DNA of 64,000 bases, from the IMG/VR virus record IMGVR_UViG_3300021964_009400. The stretch is one strand, 5' to 3'. Source of the stretch: a virus (Duplodnaviria > Caudoviricetes). The translations under genes and the position numbers were made by a program. Numbering within the stretch: position 1 is the first letter of the stretch; each line of letters starts with the position of its first letter. Below the pieces are notes generated by a model. The model did no database searches. It saw only the letters and a list, made by a program, of their open reading frames with translations, and had not been told where the DNA came from. Shown here in pieces: positions 47,714-58,086 of the stretch.

Positions 47714-49437
47714 TGGCTATACAAGACTTTAAAGATATAGAAGGAAGAAAAGGCTATCTTGTTGAAAAAGAAGATAGAAAGATATTTCAAAAAGAAATAT
47801 CAAAGGCAAACTTTGGTCTTGGTTGTGCTGATATGATTGAGTTTATTCTTTATGATGTTAGTGATAACAAATTACCACAAGGAGATGATGGAAAATTAGT
47901 TCGTTATATACACCTTGATGATGCAAATATTTCAAAATACTTTTTAATATCAGATAATATTTTAACAAAAAAGAAAGGCGATGTACCAGAATTTGTTGTA
48001 GATTTAGAAACTCTTATTAGAGAAGCTGGATATAGTAATGGTATATTTAAAACACAAGTAACTCTTTTAAACAGAAGATTGGGTAACGAAGGTGATGAAA
48101 ATGATAAACTGTGGATACACGAAATATCTCCTTCACGAACTGAAATTAGAGTTTTACCAATAAGAGCAAAAAAAGAAAATAAAGATTTAGAAAAAAGATA
48201 TAATGTTTTTACAAATGAAGATACTTTTAGAGATGATGTAATTTATTATATTGAAAATTTTATTGAAAGTTTTGATTTACAAAAAATTATATCAACATTT
48301 TTACTTTCAAAGGGAAAAGAATCTGATGGAAAGCAATATATAAATAAAATCAAAAAAGAATTTAAAATTCAAAACTTTGAAATATTCATGTATCAAGTTG
48401 AAAGAAAACTTGTAGAATCAATGAAGTATTATGCAAACAAACGAGTTTGGAATATAAATGATGTAAATTATGGGAAACCATCTGAAGCACAAGATTGTAT
48501 AGAATTATCAATTAAGAAATTAAAAGAAGATACAATTACTGCATTAATTAATTCTATTGATTATCATTTACCAAAAAGAAATATTTTAGATAATAGTGTT
48601 TTAACTAAAGAAGAACAAATAACTTTAGATAAAGTAAAACAATTATTAAAAACTAGAACATCTAATAATATTTACCAAACAACAGAACCAGAGGTAGTAG
48701 TTAGAGGTTGTACAGACCCTAAAGCAACAAATTACAATGAAACTGCAACAACAGACGATGGTAGTTGTTTGTATGCAACTAGAATTACAATAAAAGGTTG
48801 TACTGATTCAGCAGCTTTAAACTATGACCCTAAGGCAACTGAAGATGATGGTAGTTGTCAATATCCAACACAACAAGAAAAGAAAAATTACTATATATGG
48901 TCTGATATAGCATCATTTCAGTATAGAGATGGGAGTGGTATTTTACAAACTATTAATGGAGTTGAATATGATTCATTCTCAGTAAATCAAGAAAAAGGAA
49001 GCTTAAATGTATTGAATGGAGATGTAAGAGAAGTTCCTAAATTATCAGTAGCCGTTAATACATATTTTTATATAATACGAAATGATTGGAATCAGCAAAA
49101 CTTATTTAATGGTGAAATAAACTTAGGAGTTGGACAAATTGGGAATGTAAGTTATATAGATGCAAGTGGAAGCCCTAAAAATTCAAGTCAAATTAGACCT
49201 GGAGAACAAATTACTATTTGTGCACAAGAAGATAGCATACATGGGGCACACTATTTAACAGTCAATAAAACTGGTCAATGTATTATAAATGATTTAGGAG
49301 CAGGTGATACTATAATTGGTAGTGGAAGAATTAAACCAATTTATTCGAACCAAGATACAGTTAGCGTTGCTAATGATAGAGATATAATATCAAGAGAAGA
49401 AATACTATTAAACATAACAGAAAGGAGTGATTACTAA
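47713..49437 (+). CDS. baseplate/virion protein with two GCTD-NY-DDGSC repeats
   Basis: IHEISPSRTEIRV; repeats at 48706 and 48796. Confidence 0.7.
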   Translation: MAIQDFKDIEGRKGYLVEKEDRKIFQKEISKANFGLGCADMIEFILYDVSDNKLPQGDDGKLVRYIHLDDANISKYFLISDNILTKKKGDVPEFVVDLETLIREAGYSNGIFKTQVTLLNRRLGNEGDENDKLWIHEISPSRTEIRVLPIRAKKENKDLEKRYNVFTNEDTFRDDVIYYIENFIESFDLQKIISTFLLSKGKESDGKQYINKIKKEFKIQNFEIFMYQVERKLVESMKYYANKRVWNINDVNYGKPSEAQDCIELSIKKLKEDTITALINSIDYHLPKRNILDNSVLTKEEQITLDKVKQLLKTRTSNNIYQTTEPEVVVRGCTDPKATNYNETATTDDGSCLYATRITIKGCTDSAALNYDPKATEDDGSCQYPTQQEKKNYYIWSDIASFQYRDGSGILQTINGVEYDSFSVNQEKGSLNVLNGDVREVPKLSVAVNTYFYIIRNDWNQQNLFNGEINLGVGQIGNVSYIDASGSPKNSSQIRPGEQITICAQEDSIHGAHYLTVNKTGQCIINDLGAGDTIIGSGRIKPIYSNQDTVSVANDRDIISREEILLNITERSDY

Positions 49438-52400
49438 TGGCAGATAATAACGAAACTTTATTGTCTACAAATTCAACTAGTGGTACAACTCCAAAAAAGA
49501 TTGTTGACAACATAGCTGTCTTTGATACAAGTGGAGTTGGTACTACCATATTGACAAATAATTTAGTACCTAAAGCCGGTCAATTACCAATAAACAATTT
49601 AAATATTAATAACTTGGTATTGCCTATCAATAAAGGTTGTATGGATAGGTCAGCGTTAAATTACAATCCATTAGCAACTGTTGCCGATAATACAAGTTGT
49701 ATATATTCAACAAATATAGAAAATCCACTTTCGTTAAGTCCAAACTTAACAGTTGTTGTTAAATCAAATAGAGAATCGCAAATAATCATTGATGGTAATG
49801 ATTCACAACAAAGAACTACTGCTACATTTAATTATTCTGCGAAAGAATTGTTAAGTGGTAAAACATTTACAGTTAGAGCAAGTGAAAACTTTAAATCAAA
49901 TGATACATACAAAATTGCTGCAGTACAAAAAAGTTTTTTAAAAAATCTTAAACCAATTGTACCAGTTGAAAATTTTGAAATTGAATTAAATGAAAGAAGA
50001 TTAAATGATTTAGAAACTTTAAGACCTTTAGAAATTGGTAGTGTTAAATATTCTTATTATGAATTTCAAGTATTAAAAAATGGAAAACCATTTAAAACAT
50101 TCGAACTTGATTATAGAAATTTATTAGAAAATAGATTAGTAGAACTGAGTTTTAATCTTGAGAGTGATGGTATAAGAATAGACCCATCATCAGTTGGTAC
50201 TAATGTTTTAATCACATCTAATGTATCTTCAAATGATATAATAAGATATAAAACATCAACTGGTCAAAGTGATTTTTTACTTACAGATGACGAGGTAGAA
50301 TTACAACTTTCACGAAACTCATCAGATACACCATTATTTATTGAGTTTTTTGGTGTTGGTATAGATGATACAACACATACAGTAACTTATACATTTGATA
50401 CTCCAAACAATAGAGCAAAAAAAGTTGTAACTAATATTGATTACAAAATTGAATTACAAGAAGGTACTACAAATATAATCGTAGATGCAATAAAAATACC
50501 ACGAGTAAAACCACCATCTATACCTCTTTTAAATGTAAGTTCAAATCAATTCAAGTATAATATCAATGATAAAAACCCATTAAAAATAGTTTACAAAACT
50601 GTCAATGCTGATATTGTTGAATACTCATTAGGAAAATTAAAAAGAGAAATTGGACCAAATGGTAGTATTACTTTAAGTAGTAACGATTTTTCAAATGGTG
50701 TTGGTTCATATACCTTGTACCTACAACCAATAAATAAAGCAGGTGTTGGTGATATTGAAAAGGTTAGTATTATAGTTGAGAGTAAAGAATATTTACCAGG
50801 ACCGGATATTACAAACATAAACTATCCACAGAGTATTAAAGGTGCAGATTTCAAAGAATTTAATGTTCCATTTGATATTAGTTGGCAATCTATTAATACA
50901 GATTATATTAGAGTTTACGCTGGAAAGTATAACCCACAAGCAGAAAAAGATTTCTTTTTAGGACAGTTTTCTAAAACAGGCAATGCAAGATTTACAGTTG
51001 AAGATGTTTTAAGAGCTGCGAAAAGACAGTTTGATGAAGATGATAACATATTACAATTCCAATTATTCTTAATACCATTTAATGCACAAGGAGATGAATT
51101 AACTTCTGGTAAAGTAGAAAAGATAACAATTACTTTTGATAAAGGAGATTTAACTTTAAGAAGGGGAGATGTTATTGGTGATATTAGAAAAGCGTTTGAA
51201 TATTGTTTTGATTATTCAACCTTTGATGAAAGCACATCAACTCTTTTAACTCATTATTTACATCTTGGAGAAGGTGATAATAAATTAATATCAACTTATG
51301 GTATTGATACAGAAACATTTTCAGAGTACGAATTTATAAACGATACAAATGAAAGAAAAAAGATAAAAGAATCTAAATCCATTGTTTTAAAACTATACGA
51401 ACCACTAGATGGTGCAATCGATGTAAATGATAAGATATGGATTTCTAAAATTCAATCTATACCATTAATAGACCAGATAACAATTATAGATGATGTAACT
51501 ACAAATTGTATTCCTCTAACACCAAATTTAAGTTTAGAGTTAAACGATGATATTGGTTATCAAATTTATGATGAATTGGTTGCAAGTGGTTCGACATCAT
51601 CAGAATCAGTAATACAAGAATTTGTATCAGGTAGTGGATTTTCATTAGATACACTTCAGTTAGAATATACATCGGGTAGTGCAATACAATGGGGTAATTT
51701 TGTAAAATATTCATCTGCAAAAGAAAGAGTTGCAAACTTCTATTACAAAATCAAGTTATTAGAATCATATAGAAGTAAACACGAGTTACTAGCAACTGCA
51801 ACTGGTTCTGCAGGCTCAGTTTCAAGTCAAAACGAACAAAAAAGAATACTTGGAAAGATATCAGAAATTAAACAAAACTTCGATGCATTTGAAAAACATC
51901 TTTATACAGTAAGTGGTTCATTACAATATCCAAAAAGTGGAAGTGTTGTTGGTGATATTAAACTTACTAATACTGGTAGTTTATTAAATCCAACTGGCTC
52001 TGATGCAATTAATTGGTATAACGATACTTATGCAACTGCATCTTTATATGATAGAAATAATACAGAAAGATTAGTAAATAATTTGCCTATTCATATACAA
52101 GAAGATGATAAAGGACAAGAGTTTGTTTTATTCTTTGATATGATTGGACAGCATTTTGATATTTTATATCACTATATTAATAGATTATCAAAATCTAAAA
52201 AAGCTGAAAATAAATTTAAAGATGGAATTATAAGTGATTTAATGTATGAAATGTTAAGTTCACTTGGTTGGGATGCTGATTTAGGAATATCATCTGAAAC
52301 TCTTTGGGAATATGCATTTGGTGAACATTCAGATGGTACTCAAGTTTCTACAATGTCAGGTAAAGATAGACAACAAGAAACATGGAGAAGAATTTTAAAT

Positions 52401-54653
52401 AACTTACCTTATCTATATAAACACAAAGGTACTAAGAGGGCAATTCATGCAGCATTATCGATATATGGAATTCCAAATTCTATGTTAACAATAATGGAAT
52501 TTGGTGGACCAAAAGATAACACCACTTCAAGATTAGTTAAATATACATACGATGATACAACATCTGCATTAAATATTTCTGGTTCTCAACAACTTATTAT
52601 TCCTTGGAAAGCATATACTGGTTCTTTGTATCCAAGTTCTGTTGAAGTAAGAGTTGAAACTAATACAAAACAATCTCAAACATTACTTTCAAGTAGTGGT
52701 TGGAGTTTAGATTTAAATTACATATCGGGTTCAGATGCAAAATTACAATTAAATGTATTATCTGGTTCAACTTACTATTCAGAATCAACAGACCAATTTC
52801 CTTATTTTAATCAAGATTATACACAGATAGTTGTAAATAAAACATCTGGTTCATCTACCACATTTGAAGTATTTGCAAAAGAAGGATTCCAAGAAAGAAT
52901 TAGAAATCAAGTAAGTGCATCACTTACACTTACAAATCATAGTTGGGATACCGGTACAGAATTATTAATTGGTGGTTTGGGTGTTAGTGGTAGTTCATTT
53001 ACTGGTTCAGTAGATGAAATTAGATTATGGAAAACTCCACTATCACAATCAAGAATTGATAATCATGCATTGAATGGAGATGCAATAGATGGTAACCATT
53101 CATCTTCCTCAACTGAAGATTTATTATTAAGAGTTGATTTTGAACATCCACGAAATTTAGATTCAACTGGTAGTAATTGGAGAAACACACTTGTTTCAGC
53201 ATCTATGGTTTCGGATGGATTAAGTTCATTATCAGGTTCATTAGAAAGTGTTTCCCCAATAACAACTTATGCAAACTTTATAACTGCATCTAATTTCCCA
53301 TCTGCTTCATATCCATATGGATTTACATTTTATGATAGAAAAAATACATCAAATGTACCAAGTGTTGGTTTAAGTGTTGGTGATAAAATTAGGTTTGAAA
53401 CACAAACTTTAGAATCAGATTTAAATTACAGAAGTAGAGCAACTAAAAAATCATATGACCAATCACCATTAGACTCGGATAAATTAGGATTATTCTTCTC
53501 ACCAGCAAAAGAATTAAATCTTGACATTGTAAAAACAATAGGAGATTTTAGTATAGATGATTTAATCGGTGACCCAAGTGATTATTATGAAGATAGTTAT
53601 TCATCATTAAATAATTTTAGAAATTACTATTTTAGTAGATATAATGTAAACTTCTCTGAATATATTCAATTAGTAAAGTATATTGATAAATCCTTATTTA
53701 AACTTTTAGAATCTCTTGTACCTGCAAGAGCCAAAGTTACAACTGGTTTATTGATAGAACCTCACATGCTAGAGAGAAGTAAAATTAAAAGAACAAAACC
53801 TACTGCAGAAAATAAACAATATGAAACTTCAATTGGTATTCAAGATAATTTAGTTGTAACATCATCAAAAGATGATTACTTAGTTGAACTTGATTTAAAA
53901 GAAGAAGTGTTCTTAAGTGGTTCAAAGGATTCATATGAAGTTGAAATACAAAATGTAGTAAGTAGTAGTTTGGTAGGAACAAACGATACCTACGAAAGCA
54001 TAATTTCAGCATCAGATAATTATGTTACTACTGGTGATATTACTAGAAACTCTGGTTCAGATATGGCAGGATTTGATATTACAATCGAAGCAACAATATC
54101 TCAATCAGTACAAGGTGAGTATGATTCAACTGCATATGAACAAATAGGAATGGAACCAGACTCATTAACAGTAGCTGGCTTTGGTTTATATGGTAGTGGT
54201 TCACATACAATTATTACAAAATTAGATAAAAACAATAACTTTGTTAGAGAAAGAGCTAAAGTATTTTTAATTAAAGAATCATATACAGTTAATGTACCAA
54301 AATTATTAAATTCAGCATCTTTATATACAGAATTGGAAACAGTAACTAAGTTTAGACATAAAGTAAATATTTTACCATTTACTGGCTCTGATGGAAATGA
54401 AACATCTGGCTCAGTTGTAGGTGGTAATATTGTAGAGGTAACTCCATTAAATGGTGCATTTCCAACACATTATATAACCACTGGTGATTTAACAACTGGT
54501 CTAGAAAATTCATTCTTTAATGGTTCAAAACAAACTGCAGCAACTACATTAGATGGTAGTTCACCAGTTCAATCATTTACTACAAACCCAAATACATTAA
54601 AAGTTTCTGATAGTGGTAGAGGTAGTGGAGAGCCAATTTTAGAGGTAGAATAG
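49437..54653 (+). CDS. large baseplate wedge/tail protein (gp7/P2 gpI-like core plus LamG-like domain)
   Basis: WRRILNNLPYLYKHKGTKRAI..ALSIYG; FTGSVDEIRLW LamG-like motif; 1738 aa. Confidence 0.75.
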   Translation: MADNNETLLSTNSTSGTTPKKIVDNIAVFDTSGVGTTILTNNLVPKAGQLPINNLNINNLVLPINKGCMDRSALNYNPLATVADNTSCIYSTNIENPLSLSPNLTVVVKSNRESQIIIDGNDSQQRTTATFNYSAKELLSGKTFTVRASENFKSNDTYKIAAVQKSFLKNLKPIVPVENFEIELNERRLNDLETLRPLEIGSVKYSYYEFQVLKNGKPFKTFELDYRNLLENRLVELSFNLESDGIRIDPSSVGTNVLITSNVSSNDIIRYKTSTGQSDFLLTDDEVELQLSRNSSDTPLFIEFFGVGIDDTTHTVTYTFDTPNNRAKKVVTNIDYKIELQEGTTNIIVDAIKIPRVKPPSIPLLNVSSNQFKYNINDKNPLKIVYKTVNADIVEYSLGKLKREIGPNGSITLSSNDFSNGVGSYTLYLQPINKAGVGDIEKVSIIVESKEYLPGPDITNINYPQSIKGADFKEFNVPFDISWQSINTDYIRVYAGKYNPQAEKDFFLGQFSKTGNARFTVEDVLRAAKRQFDEDDNILQFQLFLIPFNAQGDELTSGKVEKITITFDKGDLTLRRGDVIGDIRKAFEYCFDYSTFDESTSTLLTHYLHLGEGDNKLISTYGIDTETFSEYEFINDTNERKKIKESKSIVLKLYEPLDGAIDVNDKIWISKIQSIPLIDQITIIDDVTTNCIPLTPNLSLELNDDIGYQIYDELVASGSTSSESVIQEFVSGSGFSLDTLQLEYTSGSAIQWGNFVKYSSAKERVANFYYKIKLLESYRSKHELLATATGSAGSVSSQNEQKRILGKISEIKQNFDAFEKHLYTVSGSLQYPKSGSVVGDIKLTNTGSLLNPTGSDAINWYNDTYATASLYDRNNTERLVNNLPIHIQEDDKGQEFVLFFDMIGQHFDILYHYINRLSKSKKAENKFKDGIISDLMYEMLSSLGWDADLGISSETLWEYAFGEHSDGTQVSTMSGKDRQQETWRRILNNLPYLYKHKGTKRAIHAALSIYGIPNSMLTIMEFGGPKDNTTSRLVKYTYDDTTSALNISGSQQLIIPWKAYTGSLYPSSVEVRVETNTKQSQTLLSSSGWSLDLNYISGSDAKLQLNVLSGSTYYSESTDQFPYFNQDYTQIVVNKTSGSSTTFEVFAKEGFQERIRNQVSASLTLTNHSWDTGTELLIGGLGVSGSSFTGSVDEIRLWKTPLSQSRIDNHALNGDAIDGNHSSSSTEDLLLRVDFEHPRNLDSTGSNWRNTLVSASMVSDGLSSLSGSLESVSPITTYANFITASNFPSASYPYGFTFYDRKNTSNVPSVGLSVGDKIRFETQTLESDLNYRSRATKKSYDQSPLDSDKLGLFFSPAKELNLDIVKTIGDFSIDDLIGDPSDYYEDSYSSLNNFRNYYFSRYNVNFSEYIQLVKYIDKSLFKLLESLVPARAKVTTGLLIEPHMLERSKIKRTKPTAENKQYETSIGIQDNLVVTSSKDDYLVELDLKEEVFLSGSKDSYEVEIQNVVSSSLVGTNDTYESIISASDNYVTTGDITRNSGSDMAGFDITIEATISQSVQGEYDSTAYEQIGMEPDSLTVAGFGLYGSGSHTIITKLDKNNNFVRERAKVFLIKESYTVNVPKLLNSASLYTELETVTKFRHKVNILPFTGSDGNETSGSVVGGNIVEVTPLNGAFPTHYITTGDLTTGLENSFFNGSKQTAATTLDGSSPVQSFTTNPNTLKVSDSGRGSGEPILEVE

Positions 54654-54693
54654 TATTTATAGGTAATAAAAATTATTAAAAATATAAATCGTT

Positions 54694-54702
54694 ATATTTA
54701 TA
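54694..54702 (+). promoter_or_regulatory. putative late promoter ATATTTATA
   Basis: Intergenic in the structural module. Confidence 0.65.
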
Positions 54703-54728
54703 TATTGTAACATAATAGGGAAAAAACT

Positions 54729-55352
54729 ATGGCATATTTAGATAATACAGAAATAACAGTAGATGCAATTCTTACTAAAAAAGGTAGAGAGAAACTTGCA
54801 TCGGGTGAAGGTCTTAATATCACCAAGTTCGCTTTAGGTGATGATGAGATTGATTACACATTATACGAACCGGCACACCCAAAAGGTTCAGCATACTATG
54901 ATGCAGCAATTAAAGCAATACCAATAACTGAAGCATCGCCAGATGAAACGCAAATTTTAAGATATAAATTAGTTACTCTTCCAAAGGGTACTACAAAAAT
55001 TCCAAAGGTAGAATTTGGTGTACCATCTATTTCTGTAAATCAGAATTCAGGTCAAGTTTCCCTTACACCAACTACATCACCAAGTGGAAATACACAAAGT
55101 GGATATACCGTAGTTTTATCAAATAAAAATGCAGGTAGTATTGTTGGAGCAGGTTTATCGGGTGTTGCAAGTTCAGTACCAACATTCTTAGGAGATGAAA
55201 TAACTGCAACAGCAGCAATAGAGACAGGATTAACATTTACATTTATACCTAATCCAAATATAACTGCTACAATTGCAACAACAATTACAGTATATGGTAA
55301 TGAAACTGGAGGTTCAGCAACGATACCAGTAACAATAACATATGTATCATAA
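54729..55352 (+). CDS. tail-collar/fibre-attachment-like virion protein
   Basis: ILTKKGREKLA...ITKFALGD resembles the N-half of the P2 gpH-type (DUF3751) domain; Ig-like C-terminus. Confidence 0.6.
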   Translation: MAYLDNTEITVDAILTKKGREKLASGEGLNITKFALGDDEIDYTLYEPAHPKGSAYYDAAIKAIPITEASPDETQILRYKLVTLPKGTTKIPKVEFGVPSISVNQNSGQVSLTPTTSPSGNTQSGYTVVLSNKNAGSIVGAGLSGVASSVPTFLGDEITATAAIETGLTFTFIPNPNITATIATTITVYGNETGGSATIPVTITYVS

Positions 55353-55372
55353 TTTAAAGAGGAAATAATAAA

Positions 55373-56602
55373 ATGGCACAAATACAAGGACAAGCAGGAG
55401 TAAATTTGACACAAGAGTTGGCAAATTATTTAGATGCCAGTGGTGGTAGTCTTACTTCAGAACAATTATCAACGATTATCAACCAATATCTTTCAGGTGG
55501 TGATAAACTAGGTGCAACTGGTGGTTCAATTTCAAATGGTATATATAAAAGATTTGGAGAATTTGACCAAGTAAGTGGAAAAGTACAAGTTGTAACTACT
55601 GGTCTTTGGAGTGGAGATACTGGTTCCTTAACTACATTTTTTACTTCATCTACACAAGCTTCAGCAAATAGTTCAAATTATTATGTAAATGTATATGATA
55701 CTGCAGCTAATGATAATGTACAATTTGCAGTTGCATATGGACATAAATTTGGTAGTGGTTCAGTATCACTTGCAAATGATGATACATCTACTTTAGCAAC
55801 TAAAGCAACTTACGCACAATATAAATCAATTCTTTTAGACCAAGATGATACTAAATTTGTAGTTCCTAACATTTCTGGTTCAACTCAAGAAATAGATGAT
55901 ATCTTTGTTATTAACTTATCAAGAGCAAGATACAAAGAGAAAATGGATGCAGGAAACTGGTCATTAACATTAAATGGAGAAAGTGGTTCATTTACATTCA
56001 TTGATGATAGTGGAAAGAAATTTTCAGATACAGTTGGAAAAGCAGGTAGAGTATTTGATGTAGTAAAGGGTTCACTAAACTTAGGTTCAGAAAACGAAGC
56101 AACAATTGAATCAAAATATGCAAGTGGTTCCGATGCACAAGGACAAGGATTTGGTAAATTTTATCCAGACCAAGGAATTATAATTCTCAACCCAAAGGCT
56201 ATTCAAGATGAACTAAAAACATTTCCAAGAAATGCAGCAGGTGCAGTATCACAATCGTTATCATATGGAATTGCATCAGAAGCAAAAAATCATTTCTTAT
56301 TAGAAAGTGCAATTTCAGGTGGAGGAGATTTTGAAGCAAGAAGAACAGAAAATGTTTCTACATCACACTATTTTGTAAGAGCAACGAATAGAGAATTTAA
56401 CTTCTCAAATAACCCAACATTTGTAAGTGGTTCAGATAATTCATTTGCTGAATCATCTTTTGAAAAAGACCCAAAAACATTTATTACAACTATTGGATTA
56501 TATAGTGATTCAAACGAAATATTAGCAGTGGCTAAAACATCACAACCAATCGCTAAATCATTTGATAAAGAAGTATTAATCAAAGTAAAACTTGATTTCT
56601 AA
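55373..56602 (+). CDS. virion structural protein (paralog of 56683)
   Basis: C-terminal ITTIGLY....ILAVAK..QPI.K; GKFYPDQGIIIL; EFNFSNNP. Confidence 0.7.
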   Translation: MAQIQGQAGVNLTQELANYLDASGGSLTSEQLSTIINQYLSGGDKLGATGGSISNGIYKRFGEFDQVSGKVQVVTTGLWSGDTGSLTTFFTSSTQASANSSNYYVNVYDTAANDNVQFAVAYGHKFGSGSVSLANDDTSTLATKATYAQYKSILLDQDDTKFVVPNISGSTQEIDDIFVINLSRARYKEKMDAGNWSLTLNGESGSFTFIDDSGKKFSDTVGKAGRVFDVVKGSLNLGSENEATIESKYASGSDAQGQGFGKFYPDQGIIILNPKAIQDELKTFPRNAAGAVSQSLSYGIASEAKNHFLLESAISGGGDFEARRTENVSTSHYFVRATNREFNFSNNPTFVSGSDNSFAESSFEKDPKTFITTIGLYSDSNEILAVAKTSQPIAKSFDKEVLIKVKLDF

Positions 56603-56622
56603 AATTATTAAACTTTAATAAG

Positions 56623-56647
56623 AACCCCACTTCGAGTGGGGTTTTTT
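56623..56647 (+). terminator. intrinsic terminator
   Basis: AACCCCACT-TCG-AGTGGGGTT plus T-run. Confidence 0.85.
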
Positions 56648-56655
56648 GTTTTAAT

Positions 56656-56664
56656 ATATTTATA
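56656..56664 (+). promoter_or_regulatory. putative late promoter ATATTTATA
   Basis: Right after the terminator, before ORF 56683. Confidence 0.65.
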
Positions 56665-56682
56665 TAGAGGAGCAATACTATC

Positions 56683-57822
56683 ATGTTAAAACCAATACCT
56701 AAATCGAGTATAAATCAAAGAACTTTTAAAGTTCACAAAAAGTTTATACAAACAGATGCAACTAATCCAATTTATATTGGTGCTTTATCTAGTGGTAGTG
56801 CATACGATTCTGGTTCAGAGGCAACTACAAATGGTGTTTCTAATCATTCTTTATATGCATCTATAAAATCTAAATATTATAGAAATGATGGTAATATATT
56901 TACCACCTATGGTAATTATGGTAATTTAGGACAAATTTCACAAGAAAGAATTATTGGTGGTCAAATTAGAGTTATTACAATTCCACAAAATAAAAAAGGA
57001 TTAGGAATTAAAAAAGGTAGTGTACTTTTAACAGATATAGATACATCAACTGTTTACAGAGATACTGGTGAAGGAAATATAGCATCTCTAACACCACGAT
57101 ACACCTTAACAGAACTTGATTTTAATACTGGTGTTATAACAATTACTGATGCAGATGACCAGAATTTTACTGGTACCATAACAAGTATCGATTTTAATAC
57201 AGGTAACTCAGTATTAACATTTGGAGTAGAAACCAAAGATGTTACAATTACTCAACTTGATTTTAATACAGGTATTTTATTGACAGCTGAACCTTTAGAT
57301 TTTGATGGTTTGGATATCGATGAGGCAAGATATGGAAATATATTTTATTCAGATGGATTAATAGTTTTATCAGATGTTACAAGTTTAGTTTCATATAGTT
57401 TAGAGTATCGTTCAACTGAAACAATAACAGAACAAGAAGTTTTACTTACTGCAAAAGCAGGAGAGTTTAACTATTCTCAAAACCCATCGGCAGTTGAATC
57501 ACAATTAAGTGGTTCATATGATTTTACAACTACTGCAATACCAAATGTTTCTTCGGCAAGAACAAGAAAAATAAAAGAGTATAGTGATATAAAACGAAGA
57601 GAATTTTTCTCTGGTTCTTTTAACTCAACAATAAGTGGTAGTTGGGATGATTATTATGCATCTGCATCAGTAGATACAACTGGTTCATATTTATCAACAT
57701 ATATTAGTACAATTGGATTATATGATAAAAGTGGAGATATGGTAGCCGTTGCTAAACTACCAAAACCAATAAAGAATTTACCAGACTACGATGTAAATTT
57801 TATAGTAAGATTTGATGTATAA
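56683..57822 (+). CDS. virion structural protein (paralog of 55373) with DFNTG repeats
   Basis: ISTIGLY....MVAVAKL.KPIK; GNIFYSDGLIVL; EFNYSQNP. Confidence 0.7.
   Translation: MLKPIPKSSINQRTFKVHKKFIQTDATNPIYIGALSSGSAYDSGSEATTNGVSNHSLYASIKSKYYRNDGNIFTTYGNYGNLGQISQERIIGGQIRVITIPQNKKGLGIKKGSVLLTDIDTSTVYRDTGEGNIASLTPRYTLTELDFNTGVITITDADDQNFTGTITSIDFNTGNSVLTFGVETKDVTITQLDFNTGILLTAEPLDFDGLDIDEARYGNIFYSDGLIVLSDVTSLVSYSLEYRSTETITEQEVLLTAKAGEFNYSQNPSAVESQLSGSYDFTTTAIPNVSSARTRKIKEYSDIKRREFFSGSFNSTISGSWDDYYASASVDTTGSYLSTYISTIGLYDKSGDMVAVAKLPKPIKNLPDYDVNFIVRFDV
57115..57273 (+). repeat. three intragenic GATTTTAATAC(T/A)GGT repeats (DFNTG)
   Basis: Copies near 57118, 57190 and 57259, spaced 72 and 69 nt. 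Confidence 0.75.
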
Positions 57823-57834
57823 CTAAAATTTGTT

Positions 57835-57843
57835 ATATTTATA
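57835..57843 (+). promoter_or_regulatory. putative late promoter ATATTTATA
   Basis: Intergenic; supports ATG 57863 as the real start. Confidence 0.6.
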
Positions 57844-57862
57844 TAAAAACAAAGATAATATT

Positions 57863-58081
57863 ATGGCTTATCAAATTTTAAAAGTGAATAAAGAAGTAGT
57901 AGAAGATAACCTAGAGTTAACTGATGAACAAATACAAGAGTATTTTGCATCAGAAGAATTCAATTACTTTATTTATGATAGTTACGAAGATGATACAGAT
58001 ATCTTTTCTGCACTTTTAGAAGAAAAAGGTGAAGCAGGTTGTGAAGATATTAGAATAATAAAACCAATAATAGAGGAGTAA
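57863..58081 (+). CDS. small acidic protein
   Basis: 72 aa from ATG 57863. Confidence 0.7.
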   Translation: MAYQILKVNKEVVEDNLELTDEQIQEYFASEEFNYFIYDSYEDDTDIFSALLEEKGEAGCEDIRIIKPIIEE

Positions 58082-58086
58082 AAATT

